A stretch of 64,000 bases of DNA, taken from Candidatus Thorarchaeota archaeon. GTDB taxonomy: Archaea > Asgardarchaeota > Thorarchaeia > Thorarchaeales > Thorarchaeaceae. Of the stretch, positions 8,708 to 18,847 are shown piece after piece. Position 1 is the first letter of the stretch. Each line of letters begins with the position of its first letter. Both the position numbers and the translations under genes were made by a program. The notes below the pieces were generated by a model. That model worked only from the letters and a program-made list of their open reading frames with translations. It searched no databases and was not told the DNA's origin. The stretch lies in the NCBI GenBank assembly GCA_011364905.1, contig RDNZ01000002.1, forward strand, positions 32,001 through 96,000, in the 5' to 3' direction.

Positions 8708-10597
8708 TCAAATTGTGTCTAGGTCTCTTAGACCTGCAGACTGGAGTTTGGAGTCCACGCTGGCAAGTCCAAGCGTCGTGAGGGTTTCAGAAGTAGGTAC
8801 GCCGTTTTCATCCCATCCCACCGCTTGATAATACTCTGTCCGTGTCCTCTCAAAGGTCTCTCGATCCAGTGTCTTTCCCTCGAACGGTCCTGAGGGCATT
8901 GGCTCCCAGAATCGAGGCGGATTGTCATCGTCTATTTTAGGTCTCCAGAAGACATCAGGTCCACCGAGTAACAACATCGCACGCTGTATCTGAAGGATTC
9001 TTAGGGCCTTGTCATGATACCAGTCATCTGCAGACAGGTTTAGTCCTGTTATTGTCGTATAGAAACGAAATATCTCCTCATTGTCAACGCTCTTTGCAAA
9101 TGTGCAGTAGACTGCTGAATCATGCAGAATCGAGGCCAACTCACCACCTTCAAGTGGTGGATAGCGTGCTTGTGATCCATGGTCTCCTCCCTGAGTCGAA
9201 CAGGCATACCCGATGAGATGCGAGATAAAGTCCTTCTCACTTCTAATGCCGTGACCTCCGATGGCCATTCCCTTTTCCTGCACAACATACCTCATGAGGT
9301 CTAATCCCTTCATCTCTCCAATTCTCTTTGCAGCCCTATAGACTCCTTGCGCAAGAATATCTCCAATCCCTTTCCGATTGACTACAAGTTCCATCAGAGC
9401 CTCAAATGCTTCTGCATCGCCCCATTCAAGCTTGATTCCTTCGAGATCCTCTTCACTGAGTATCTCTCTCTGATACAACTCTGCTGCAAGTCCGAGAACC
9501 GCTCCTCCCTGGATTCCGCAGAGACCGCTTTCGTTTACGAGGCTTGCGAGATGAATGTTTGTTTCCGGATCAAAGACACCCAGATTTGTTCCATCGTATG
9601 ACTGTAATTCGTAGTCCGGATTGTCACAGATGTCTCCTGCATACTTGCCATCCTTGAGGACAGCCAGCTTTAAGCATGTCACAGGGCAGCCGAAGTCACC
9701 CCAGTACTTCTTTGCCCAGAATTTGTCAAACTCGTCCCCGCTGTATTCCTCGATGTCATGCCATTCTTCTTGCCAGTTCCTAATTGGTTCTGAACTCGTA
9801 CCTGCTCCAAAGTAGTAACCTCCGTTTCCGGTACCCCATCGTCTGAAGGTTTCTCTCTCATAGGCTGGTTCGGACATGGTATTGTACATGGAAGCCATCG
9901 CCTCTGAATCATGCACCTCCGGAAGAGGTCCAAAGCCCTTTGCTACAACAGCCTTCAGATTCTTGGACCCCATCACGCCACCGTAACCCCCATAGCCTGC
10001 GGCATGAGCATACTTAGAGAGAACAACAGCGACTCTGGTTGAATGTTCTCCTGCAGGACCGATATAGAGCATTGAGGGCTCTTTTATTTCGCCATAGTCT
10101 ACATGACTCACTTTTATTTCATCATTTGATTTCTTTGTGAGATATCGGACGGTTTCTCTACCCTGTTTGCCCCAGATTGGTGACGCATCCTTAATCTCCA
10201 CATGTTCATCAAACACGGTAATGTAGGAGGGTCTCTCTGCCATTCCTGAGATTATCAGACCATCAAAGCCCGCACACTTTAGATCCACTCCAAACTCACC
10301 AGCGAGAGTCGAACCTACGAGGCCATTGCACTGTGGAGACTTGCCTGTAACGCAGCTCTTTGTTCCAGGGAAGTAGCCTGTAAGTGGTCCTGTCAGCATC
10401 ATCAGGATGTTTTCAGGCCCAAGAGGATCTACGCTTTCCCATTTCTTTCCTAATCTGTCCCACAGTATCTTTGCAGCTAGTCCACGACCGCCCACAAAAT
10501 CGCTAAGGATTTTATCTGAGAGTTTTGTTTCTTCAATCTCTTCGGATGTGAGATCGATGTCCAAGAACTTGCCTGCGTAGCCTTTCATTGGTCCCAC
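8708..10597 (-). CDS. Tungsten-family aldehyde:ferredoxin oxidoreductase, WOR5-like large subunit
   Basis: GGRGL, DPLGPEN, KSP, IGPAGE, HAAGYGGYGGVMGSKNLKA, GDFGCPVTC, YY...GWDENGVP. Confidence 0.92.
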   Translation of the reverse strand: MGPMKGYAGKFLDIDLTSEEIEETKLSDKILSDFVGGRGLAAKILWDRLGKKWESVDPLGPENILMMLTGPLTGYFPGTKSCVTGKSPQCNGLVGSTLAGEFGVDLKCAGFDGLIISGMAERPSYITVFDEHVEIKDASPIWGKQGRETVRYLTKKSNDEIKVSHVDYGEIKEPSMLYIGPAGEHSTRVAVVLSKYAHAAGYGGYGGVMGSKNLKAVVAKGFGPLPEVHDSEAMASMYNTMSEPAYERETFRRWGTGNGGYYFGAGTSSEPIRNWQEEWHDIEEYSGDEFDKFWAKKYWGDFGCPVTCLKLAVLKDGKYAGDICDNPDYELQSYDGTNLGVFDPETNIHLASLVNESGLCGIQGGAVLGLAAELYQREILSEEDLEGIKLEWGDAEAFEALMELVVNRKGIGDILAQGVYRAAKRIGEMKGLDLMRYVVQEKGMAIGGHGIRSEKDFISHLIGYACSTQGGDHGSQARYPPLEGGELASILHDSAVYCTFAKSVDNEEIFRFYTTITGLNLSADDWYHDKALRILQIQRAMLLLGGPDVFWRPKIDDDNPPRFWEPMPSGPFEGKTLDRETFERTRTEYYQAVGWDENGVPTSETLTTLGLASVDSKLQSAGLRDLDTI

Positions 10598-11112
10598 ACC
10601 TCTCTCAAAGTCTTCTCTCCAAGTATAGTGCCACCTGTTGTCCGCGTCAAGGACTGAGGAGTTTCTGGCAATGGCTTTTTGATTCCATCTTCACCAAGAG
10701 AGAGAGCATTCCAATTTCCCTCTTGGCACACTCTTACACACTCCGGATCTCCACCGCACAGGTCGCAAATCACAACATGACCTTCACTAGGATGCATATG
10801 CGGGATTCGACCAGGACAAGCATCGATGCAGATGCCACATGCAGTACATAGTGACTCATCCACTCTGATGCCGCCAATCTGTTCGTCAACTGAAATGGCA
10901 CCCTCGGGGCATGCTTCAACACACTCAGGATTGTCACACTGGAAACACAGATGGGGAATCTCGATACCTGGGATTAGCATGAATACCCGCACTCGCGATG
11001 CCTCAGGCCAGATTTGTTTTTCATGGAATAATGAGCATGCCACTTCACATCTTCTGCATCCGCTGCACAATTCATAAACCCGATTAATCCAGACGTTGCG
11101 GTTTTGGCTCAT
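10585..11112 (-). CDS. 4Fe-4S polyferredoxin small subunit of the oxidoreductase
   Basis: Multiple CxxCxxCxxxC motifs; stop overlaps the start of the AOR gene; ORF extends to 11133. Confidence 0.92.
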   Translation of the reverse strand: MSQNRNVWINRVYELCSGCRRCEVACSLFHEKQIWPEASRVRVFMLIPGIEIPHLCFQCDNPECVEACPEGAISVDEQIGGIRVDESLCTACGICIDACPGRIPHMHPSEGHVVICDLCGGDPECVRVCQEGNWNALSLGEDGIKKPLPETPQSLTRTTGGTILGEKTLREVWDQ

Positions 11113-11379
11113 ACACATTCCGTTCCTGTGCATTGTATAGATTCAACGTTACTTGCTTTGCCTATTCGGTTTTCGGTATCGCAGAATACTAGATTCGTTA
11201 TTGCATGCCAGTTGTCATCAACAATCAAATGGCCGTGCATGATTCCGCCGACTGCATGACTCTACAGACAATCATCAACAGAAATCCCAATATTTCCTCC
11301 AAAAAAGTAAACGATGCCTCTTTGCGTAAGTAGAATTAGTCATATGGTGGTAATATTGAGCTCACAGAGGTTTTGACAA

Positions 11380-12804
11380 ATGTTAGATGAATTGCAGAAA
11401 TGCGTCCGCATAGGCGAAGATCTCGGTGCAGATTTCGTCGAGGCAAGATATGATGATCTCACCTTGAGAGCCTTGCAACGAGTCAACGATATCTGGCAAG
11501 ATATTCAGGTTAAGTCCCGGATGGGTTTTGGAATCAATGTGTATGTGGATGGTGTTTCGGGATTCTCATTCACAGCCAGTAAAGAGATGAGCGATGTCCG
11601 TGTGGCGGTTGAAAAAGCATACAAATTGGCCAAAGCATCATCAAAGTCAGCCAAATTCAAGCTGCCTTTTGATGAAGCCCCGGCTGTGACCAGCAAGAAG
11701 TCTGACACACCAACAGTCAAAACTCACCCTCGCGATAGAGAGTTAGATTACAAGATTGACCTCGTCAATCGTGCAATAGAGTCCGCAAGAGATGCGGGTG
11801 AGAATATTAGAACTGTTCGTGGTCTGTGGGGAGAATTGTATGGACCAAAGATGTTAGCAAACAGTGATGGAACCAATGTCAATTGGGAGTTCCTTGTATC
11901 AGACCTGCGAATACTCGTGAATTCCAAAACTGATGCAGGTGCCCTAGTTGTTGGTGCAGAAAGCCATGGTGGTACGTTTGGTCTGGAAGAATATGAGAAA
12001 GATGAGTATACCCCTGAAAAGATGGGAGAAACAGCTGGACTAAATGCAAAGGAACAGCTCAAAGCGAAAGCATGCCCAGCTGGAAAATTCCGCGCGCTGG
12101 CTGAAGAAACCTTGGTTGGAGTTCTTGCTCATGAGTCTTTTGGCCACCTTAGTGAAGCGGATTTTGTAGTCACTGGTGGTTCTCCACTAACTGACAAGAT
12201 TGGTCATACTCTTGGTTCAGAGCATGCGTCGATTGTTGATGGTGGTATCCCTGATATCAAAAAACATGGTGGACTCTGGTTACCTTATGACGATCAGGGA
12301 ATAGCAACTAGGCAAACTACTGTGTTGGATAAAGGAGTGCTTCAACATTATCTACACAACCGAGGTACAGCAAAGAAGCTGCAGCAGCAACCAACAGGAA
12401 ATGCAAGAGCGGTAAGTTTTGTGTTTCCACCAATTCCACGTATGACAAACACGTATTTCCTACCTGGAGACCTAACCAAAGAAGAGGCAATTGAACAGCT
12501 TGGAACCGGAATCTATGCCATCCAAACATCAGGTGGCCAAGTCGAAGACGATGGTAGTTTTGTGTTCATTGCAGTCCGAGGTTACTGGGTGGAAAATGGT
12601 GAAATTCAGTATCCGATTCGCGAAGTGGCTCTATCTGGAAATATCCTGGATTTGCTGTCCAAGGTAGAAGGAGGTACTAAAAACTTGAAACTGATATCAG
12701 GCTATTTTGGGGGATGCGGAAAGGGTGACCAACAACGTCTGCCCGTTGGAATGGGAGGGCCAGAGTTGCTCATTAATGAAGTCACATTTGGAGGCAAAGC
12801 ATAG
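11380..12804 (+). CDS. tldD: TldD metalloprotease subunit
   Basis: HESFGH zinc motif, PYDDQG, GNAR, PRMTNT, C-terminal GCGK. Confidence 0.9.
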   Translation: MLDELQKCVRIGEDLGADFVEARYDDLTLRALQRVNDIWQDIQVKSRMGFGINVYVDGVSGFSFTASKEMSDVRVAVEKAYKLAKASSKSAKFKLPFDEAPAVTSKKSDTPTVKTHPRDRELDYKIDLVNRAIESARDAGENIRTVRGLWGELYGPKMLANSDGTNVNWEFLVSDLRILVNSKTDAGALVVGAESHGGTFGLEEYEKDEYTPEKMGETAGLNAKEQLKAKACPAGKFRALAEETLVGVLAHESFGHLSEADFVVTGGSPLTDKIGHTLGSEHASIVDGGIPDIKKHGGLWLPYDDQGIATRQTTVLDKGVLQHYLHNRGTAKKLQQQPTGNARAVSFVFPPIPRMTNTYFLPGDLTKEEAIEQLGTGIYAIQTSGGQVEDDGSFVFIAVRGYWVENGEIQYPIREVALSGNILDLLSKVEGGTKNLKLISGYFGGCGKGDQQRLPVGMGGPELLINEVTFGGKA

Positions 12805-12823
12805 ACCAAGGAGGTGAAGGATT

Positions 12824-14218
12824 ATGGAGTTTGAGAATCTGAAAGATGAACTGCTCTCTGTCGTGGACACTGGACTCAAATATGTAAAAACGCTAGATGC
12901 GGCTGCTGAGTTTGAGATCTTTGTTTACTATCAGAATAATAACATAGCAAGAATAGCCCAGGGGATTATTACGGCTAAAGATGGTGCAACCGCAGGAACT
13001 GCAGTTCGAGCTGCCAAAGGAAAAAGTATTGGTTTTGCGGTGGCTAGTGGTGTTTCCATTGAGAGAATAAAACTTGCAGGAAGAGAGGCATTGGCAATTA
13101 TCAATGGTGTCAGTGTGCAAGATGAGAGATTTCAGGGATTTCCTGACCCTAAAGGTTCGGGAAAAGAAGGAGCATTTCCAGAAGAAGTACTCACCCTTGA
13201 AACGGAGGACATGATCAAATCCTGCGAGGAGCAAATCAAGGAGGCGAGGGCAGTGGATGAAAGAGTCAAAGTGGTTACGGCAGAAGCCTTTGCATCTTGG
13301 AAAGGGTACGCTGTTGGAAACACCAGAGGAATTCTGCAGGCAACGAGAAGTGGTGAAAGTCGCTGCCAAACAGAAGTGCAAGCAATCGAGAATGAAGAGA
13401 GGAGAGGTTCATTTCAATTCGACATTTCTAGAGAACGATTGTTCAATCCGGAGGGAGTTGGAAAGAAAGCGGCTGAAGCAGCCGTGAGTCTTTTGGGAGC
13501 GAAGAAACTCGACTTAACAAGTAGGATGCCGACAATTTGGACACCTGTACCAGCAGGTTTGTTCATACTCTCAAGTCTTGGCTATTCAGTAACCGGTGAT
13601 TTCGTTGTTGATGGTAGATCTCCTCTTTGCGATAAAATTGGTGACACAATTGCTGCTAAGAATTTCTCGCTTAGGGACAACGGTCAAAGTAAGGCGGGCC
13701 TTGGTACAGAGTCTATCGATGCTGAAGGTCTTCCTCAAAGCGACAATATTGTGATCCAAAAGGGGATTCTGAGGAATTATCTTTTTGACAATTACTTTGG
13801 TAAAGCATACGGTCTTGAGTCAACCGGAAACTGCTCGCGTGGCGCAGACATTTTCCCATCGTCAACGCCGTATGAATCAAAACCTACTGTTTACACAAAG
13901 TGGTTGGAAGTGGCCTCTGGAAAGAGGAACGAAGAAGACATCATTGCTTCAATCGATGAAAAAGCGATTCTCATCAGAGACTTTCCGATGGGGATTATTC
14001 ATTCCAATATATCGACAGGTGAGTTTTCCTGCGTTGCAGGTTCCGCCTACCTCGTTGAGCATGGAGAGTTAAAAGGATCAGTCCAACCAGTCTCAGTCGC
14101 AGGAGATTACTACGAAGGTTACAGGAATCTCAGAGAAGTAGGAAACAATAACCAGTTTCTAAGATTTGGGATTGATGTCCCAACACTGCTCTTTGATGAC
14201 TTCTCCGTCGTAGGGTAG
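12824..14218 (+). CDS. pmbA: PmbA/TldE non-catalytic subunit
   Basis: Follows tldD with GGAGGTGA RBS; DAEG, STGN, TGEFS; no HExxH. Confidence 0.85.
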   Translation: MEFENLKDELLSVVDTGLKYVKTLDAAAEFEIFVYYQNNNIARIAQGIITAKDGATAGTAVRAAKGKSIGFAVASGVSIERIKLAGREALAIINGVSVQDERFQGFPDPKGSGKEGAFPEEVLTLETEDMIKSCEEQIKEARAVDERVKVVTAEAFASWKGYAVGNTRGILQATRSGESRCQTEVQAIENEERRGSFQFDISRERLFNPEGVGKKAAEAAVSLLGAKKLDLTSRMPTIWTPVPAGLFILSSLGYSVTGDFVVDGRSPLCDKIGDTIAAKNFSLRDNGQSKAGLGTESIDAEGLPQSDNIVIQKGILRNYLFDNYFGKAYGLESTGNCSRGADIFPSSTPYESKPTVYTKWLEVASGKRNEEDIIASIDEKAILIRDFPMGIIHSNISTGEFSCVAGSAYLVEHGELKGSVQPVSVAGDYYEGYRNLREVGNNNQFLRFGIDVPTLLFDDFSVVG

Positions 14219-14227
14219 GGAAGGTAT

Positions 14228-14265
14228 GGCTGGAGATTTGGGAAGGCATTTCCAGCTCCTCTTTT
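14228..14265 (+). terminator. Hairpin with pyrimidine tract after tldD-pmbA
   Basis: GGCTGGAGAT...ATTTCCAGCT 10-bp stem (two G-U pairs) followed by CCTCTTTT. Confidence 0.4.
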
Positions 14266-14326
14266 CCCATAGATAGCGCTGAACCTATTCCTAATATAGT
14301 AAGAATAGGACCATGTTTCGATTGCC

Positions 14327-15409
14327 ATGAATTGGAGATTCATCCTAGTCACGACCATTTTGGTATTCTCTTTTGCCTCCTCAAATCCAGTGCGAGTGGC
14401 AGCATTGGATGTTCCCGACACATCAGACGTTAGCGTTCTGATTCTAGTAGGAAACTACTTCGGATGGAACTATTTCGATGCAAAAGAGTGTCTTGAGTCA
14501 TGGGGAGTCAATGTTACAACCGTTGCATATTCACTGGACTATGAAGTCAACTCATGCCTTAATCGAGAACCTAGACCGATAACGGTAGATTTGTTATTGT
14601 CTGAGATGACACCTGAAATTCTCATTCAATTCGACTGCCTTCTAGTTACATCAGGGGGACAATGGCTCGCACTCACTCAGAGTGAAGATGTATTGGATTT
14701 CATCTCAGATGCATTTGACCTAGGTCTAGTGGTCGCCTCAATCTGTACCGGCACACGAGTAGTTGCAGAGGCGAACAATATTGTAAACGGGAGCAGAGTA
14801 ACCTATTACTCACTCAGTGATCCACAAATGACAGCAGCTGGAGCAATCACTATCCTAGGAGCCGAGGCGGTTGCGGATGGTTCGATGATAACTGGCGGGA
14901 GAGGAGGTGGGACCGGAGGTGGTGGGTGGTTAGAAGCTCCGACCTCAGAAGTTTGCGCAGAAATTGTGCGGAATGTTCTTGGAATGTCAAGAGTGAATGA
15001 AGTTTCAGTGACTCCCTCAAGCGGACCCGTTGGAACGAACTTCACGATTCTGGCATCGATAGGCAATTTGAATGAATCTTTGGGAGAAATACTATCAACA
15101 GACATCAACAAGGTGATAGCGCAGATCTATGTTTTTGATAACAGGACTTTGTTAGACACCATAGAACTCAGTGATGATGACTTCGATGGAAATTACACGG
15201 GCAGTTTTGTAGGCTTTCAAAACGGCCAATATAGGGTTGACATTGAGGTCGAAGATTCAAATGAAACAATTGAAGTCGCTAGGGAGCTCGGTACATTTGA
15301 GATTGAAACTGAAACTATTGAACCCCTGGACATTGTTGTAATTTCTGCTGTGAGTGTAGGGAGCGTTATTATTGCTCTGCTAGTGATTGCGCTATTCAGA
15401 AAGAAGTGA
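14327..15409 (+). CDS. Exported DJ-1/PfpI-family protein with beta-rich domain and C-terminal membrane anchor
   Basis: Signal peptide, FDCLLVTSGG, ASICTG nucleophile elbow, C-terminal hydrophobic helix + RKK. Confidence 0.82.
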   Translation: MNWRFILVTTILVFSFASSNPVRVAALDVPDTSDVSVLILVGNYFGWNYFDAKECLESWGVNVTTVAYSLDYEVNSCLNREPRPITVDLLLSEMTPEILIQFDCLLVTSGGQWLALTQSEDVLDFISDAFDLGLVVASICTGTRVVAEANNIVNGSRVTYYSLSDPQMTAAGAITILGAEAVADGSMITGGRGGGTGGGGWLEAPTSEVCAEIVRNVLGMSRVNEVSVTPSSGPVGTNFTILASIGNLNESLGEILSTDINKVIAQIYVFDNRTLLDTIELSDDDFDGNYTGSFVGFQNGQYRVDIEVEDSNETIEVARELGTFEIETETIEPLDIVVISAVSVGSVIIALLVIALFRKK

Positions 15410-15421
15410 TGTATTAAACTA

Positions 15422-16195
15422 CTACTGAGCTTTCAGATAGTACGCGTCCCAGTAATCAGGTTCCACATACCCAAGTTTAAGAGCGAGATGTAACGATGCT
15501 TGATTCTCCGCATCCCAATGAGGAGTTATCCCGTGCTCGAGGGCATAGACGAGAAGAGCGGCGGACGCAACAGTGGCAAGTCCCTTTCTGCGGTGTTGTT
15601 CATCAAAGGTGTCGATCTCCACTTCAAACATATCTGTAAAGGGGGTATATGTTGATGCTATTGAAACAACCTTGCCTTTAAATTTGATACAAAATGCCAG
15701 ACCCATTTTGTAGAAATCCTCGGAACTGCCAAAAAAATTGAGAATGTACATTGACTTGCGCTTGTCGAGTTTCTTAATGGTTTCAAGATCCATGCTTTCC
15801 AGTGTGTAACCCGGTGGCAACTGCGATTTTAAGTGCTTCAGATGATTAATATCTAGTAACTTAGGAGAGAGCTTTATTCGTTGTAGGACACCGAGTCGCT
15901 CACCCCATTCCTCCTTGATAATTTGAGCCCAACTGGAATCAGGTGTAAATACAGCTTGCATTGGTTCAATAGAGCGGATGATTTCTTTTGCATCAGGACT
16001 CGAACTGTCGCCAGCGACTGCGTTAATCGGTGCTAAATGAAGGCATGCAACGGTTGGTGTTTCCAATGAGTTTGAAACCACAGTACCTCGGCCTTGATCA
16101 AGAGCCGGAAAAATGATGGCTCGCGCTCTCCTATAAGTTTCAAAAAGAGGACGAACAATCGCATGGTTCTCTTTAGGCAGCTCAATTATCATCAA
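15422..16195 (-). CDS. GNAT family N-acetyltransferase
   Basis: EVEIDT, HRRKGLA, PHWDAEN.AS..LA.KLGY. Confidence 0.9.
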   Translation of the reverse strand: MMIIELPKENHAIVRPLFETYRRARAIIFPALDQGRGTVVSNSLETPTVACLHLAPINAVAGDSSSPDAKEIIRSIEPMQAVFTPDSSWAQIIKEEWGERLGVLQRIKLSPKLLDINHLKHLKSQLPPGYTLESMDLETIKKLDKRKSMYILNFFGSSEDFYKMGLAFCIKFKGKVVSIASTYTPFTDMFEVEIDTFDEQHRRKGLATVASAALLVYALEHGITPHWDAENQASLHLALKLGYVEPDYWDAYYLKAQ

Positions 16196-16285
16196 CAGTG
16201 ACCTTCGACTGGATGTAGCTAGGCCTGCGAATTAACTTTACCAATCACGTAAAGTCTGCATTATGAAACATTATCGTTCTATTCA

Positions 16286-16933
16286 CTAACTTCTGTATTT
16301 TCGTACTTCGCTCTCAGTGACACGAAGCGTTAGAAGAAGGAAGTCTTGTCCATATGTTCGCAGTATCAAACCTATTTCACCAAGTAAATCAGGTAATTCA
16401 GTCCGCACATACTCAAATAGTGCTTCTTCAGATTCCTTGAGGGCGTCCAGCATATTGGCAACATAAGCATGAACTGCTTTCTTACTGATTTTGCCAGTTT
16501 CCTTTAGCATCCACTTTTCCAGAGCTGCCTGTATCTCTTGGCTGATTTTATCTGTGTCTTCAACAACCTCAGTGGTGACTTTTGAACGAATCTTCTTGCC
16601 AAATTCAGGTTTTGCTCTTAAACTGCCCAACGCAAGTCGCATCTCATCGAGAGGTTTGTGCGGACGGATCTCTTCCCCAATGCTTTTGTCAACGAGAAGG
16701 CGGCGATAGGCACGTTTTCCATGGAGTTTTAGAGATGAAACATATCCCTTTGCTTCCATGTCTCGCAGATAGTTTCTGAATGTCTCCTCAGTAACCAGAG
16801 AACGTGACGCAGATAGACGGATGTACCTCTGGTAAAGAGAATCTTCCAGCTCAAGAACAGCCCACCCAAATGAGCGCATTATATCTAACTCAAGAGATGT
16901 GGGACTATCAGTCTCGCCTCCGCTCTCAGACAA
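16286..16933 (-). CDS. Hypothetical protein with probable N-terminal winged helix
   Basis: F..YL..ME.KGYV......GKRAY wing pattern; TTG start preceded by AGAGGT; ORF extends to 17041. Confidence 0.6.
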   Translation of the reverse strand: MSESGGETDSPTSLELDIMRSFGWAVLELEDSLYQRYIRLSASRSLVTEETFRNYLRDMEAKGYVSSLKLHGKRAYRRLLVDKSIGEEIRPHKPLDEMRLALGSLRAKPEFGKKIRSKVTTEVVEDTDKISQEIQAALEKWMLKETGKISKKAVHAYVANMLDALKESEEALFEYVRTELPDLLGEIGLILRTYGQDFLLLTLRVTESEVRKYRS

Positions 16934-17049
16934 CGTAATACCTCTATAATACAGGGGAAATATCAATAGTTCGTCTAATAAATGTTCTAATAATTCTCCC
17001 TTTGGAATAGCGTAAACCAGAAGTAGGTCTTGTGCTTTCACATCACTTG

Positions 17050-17853
17050 ATGGAGATTAACACAGAGTCGATTTACGATCTGCTTGCATCCGGTAATCAC
17101 CTAGGTCTGAGTTCTACTATCGAAGAAGCTCTAATAGGGAATTCTCAATCCGAGACAGATTGGGATGAGATAATATCTGTTCTTCAGAAAGGATGTCAGG
17201 AGATCTATCAGAAGCATTGGCTGAAGATACATCATATTGTGCTCTCGATTTTCGGGGTACCAGAACTCCGTGGCGTTGATTGCTCTCTTTTCAAGGAACT
17301 CCATTCAATTGGGCAACCAGAAGATATGGAACAAGCGTCAGATAACCTCTTTTCAATCTTGATTGAAACAACAAAGAAGCAGTTGCAGAGTGGGGGATCA
17401 ACACTCTTCTTCAATGTTGATGGAATTTCCTCAACCAGGTCTGCAATCATTGTTTCAGAATTGGTCCAAGCGCGATTTCGCGAAGCTGTTTTTGTGTTGG
17501 AGGAAATTGACAAACTTTTGCCTAATTTAACAAAAGAATGGGTAAATGTGTCTCGTCTTTGGAGAACTGGGTATGGATATCGTATTCTGAAATCAAGAAG
17601 TCTAAGTACAATCATTCATATCAAAGAATACGCTAGAATTCGAAAGCTACTCCTAGATGAATTAGATATCGATTCTGATAGAATTAGTGCTGTTGGGAAC
17701 AAATTAAGAGAGAAGAACAACTCAACCTACTTGAATCTCTCAAAAACCCTAGATGAATTCGTTGCGGGTTTGATAGCATCTCATGGTATTCGTGGCACAT
17801 TTGAACCACACTATAGGGATTGGATTGATCATGAGGGTTTGGATGAATTCTGA
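17050..17853 (+). CDS. Hypothetical protein
   Basis: Long ORF, helical composition, no recognised motif. Confidence 0.7.
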   Translation: MEINTESIYDLLASGNHLGLSSTIEEALIGNSQSETDWDEIISVLQKGCQEIYQKHWLKIHHIVLSIFGVPELRGVDCSLFKELHSIGQPEDMEQASDNLFSILIETTKKQLQSGGSTLFFNVDGISSTRSAIIVSELVQARFREAVFVLEEIDKLLPNLTKEWVNVSRLWRTGYGYRILKSRSLSTIIHIKEYARIRKLLLDELDIDSDRISAVGNKLREKNNSTYLNLSKTLDEFVAGLIASHGIRGTFEPHYRDWIDHEGLDEF

Positions 17854-17912
17854 CCAGCCCAAACATTGCCCGAATCAACACTGAGTCTATCAACTTCTGC
17901 AGTTAGTCGAAA

Positions 17913-18710
17913 CTAGAACCAATCTTGGATGAGTGTGTCAATTGTTCCATCGTGAAGACCGGTTGAGATAGCTGAATTTATCTCAATGAGTAGACTATCA
18001 GCAGGTCTAGCGACATAAAACACCCTTTGTCCTGTAACTACCTGAAGGACTGTCGTGATATTATAAAGAGATGCGTATACTGCCACAACAGGAGTTTCCA
18101 CAAAAACAGCATCAACCGTCCCGGAATCCAACGCATCGAAAAGCGAGTCTGTTGTTTCATATCGCACAACACTCACAGTGCCAATTGCACTTATTGTTTC
18201 ATCCGCAATAGATCCCAATGGTACACCAACAGAATGGCCCGATAGGTCATCGAGAGTAGAAACTTGTAGTGTTGACTCGTTCATAACAACTACAGACATA
18301 TCTATCTGGAAGTATGGAATACTATGCTGAAGTCTTAAAGCCAAGTCTTCTGTTATTGGCTTAGCTGCTGCAATGACATCGATAGTCCCGACTTCACAAG
18401 CCTCAGCAAGAGCGTCAAGTGCTATATCTTGAAACTCCACTGTAACATTCAGATATGCGGCGATATACTCCATCAGATCGATATCGAATCCCACAAAATC
18501 AGACGTTTCGTTGAGGTACTCAAAAGGAGGATAGTCAGGCCTTGTTCCCACAATTAGCATGCCCCGATTTACAACCGTTTCTAAAGAAGTGTCTTCTGGA
18601 GTTGCAGGAGGCCTCCCAGTTAGTATGAAAATCCCAAGCCCAAATCCAATAACCATGCCAATAACAAGGAAAGAAATACCAGTTATCGTTCTTTGATTCA
18701 AAACATTCAC
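17913..18710 (-). CDS. Membrane-anchored amino-acid ABC substrate-binding protein (family 3), no adjacent permease
   Basis: N-terminal TM; VGT.PDYPPFEY, GFDIDL. Confidence 0.9.
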   Translation of the reverse strand: MNVLNQRTITGISFLVIGMVIGFGLGIFILTGRPPATPEDTSLETVVNRGMLIVGTRPDYPPFEYLNETSDFVGFDIDLMEYIAAYLNVTVEFQDIALDALAEACEVGTIDVIAAAKPITEDLALRLQHSIPYFQIDMSVVVMNESTLQVSTLDDLSGHSVGVPLGSIADETISAIGTVSVVRYETTDSLFDALDSGTVDAVFVETPVVAVYASLYNITTVLQVVTGQRVFYVARPADSLLIEINSAISTGLHDGTIDTLIQDWF

Positions 18711-18847
18711 ACTCTGGTTCTATTGTTGATTGATGCGCACTTCGCTCTTTTACAGTCACACAAATATATTGCGATTGTAGCGGGCATGAACTAGTGGAAC
18801 CAAACAGTAGAGGATAATACTAATGAGTACAAGAAGTCCAGAGGAAC

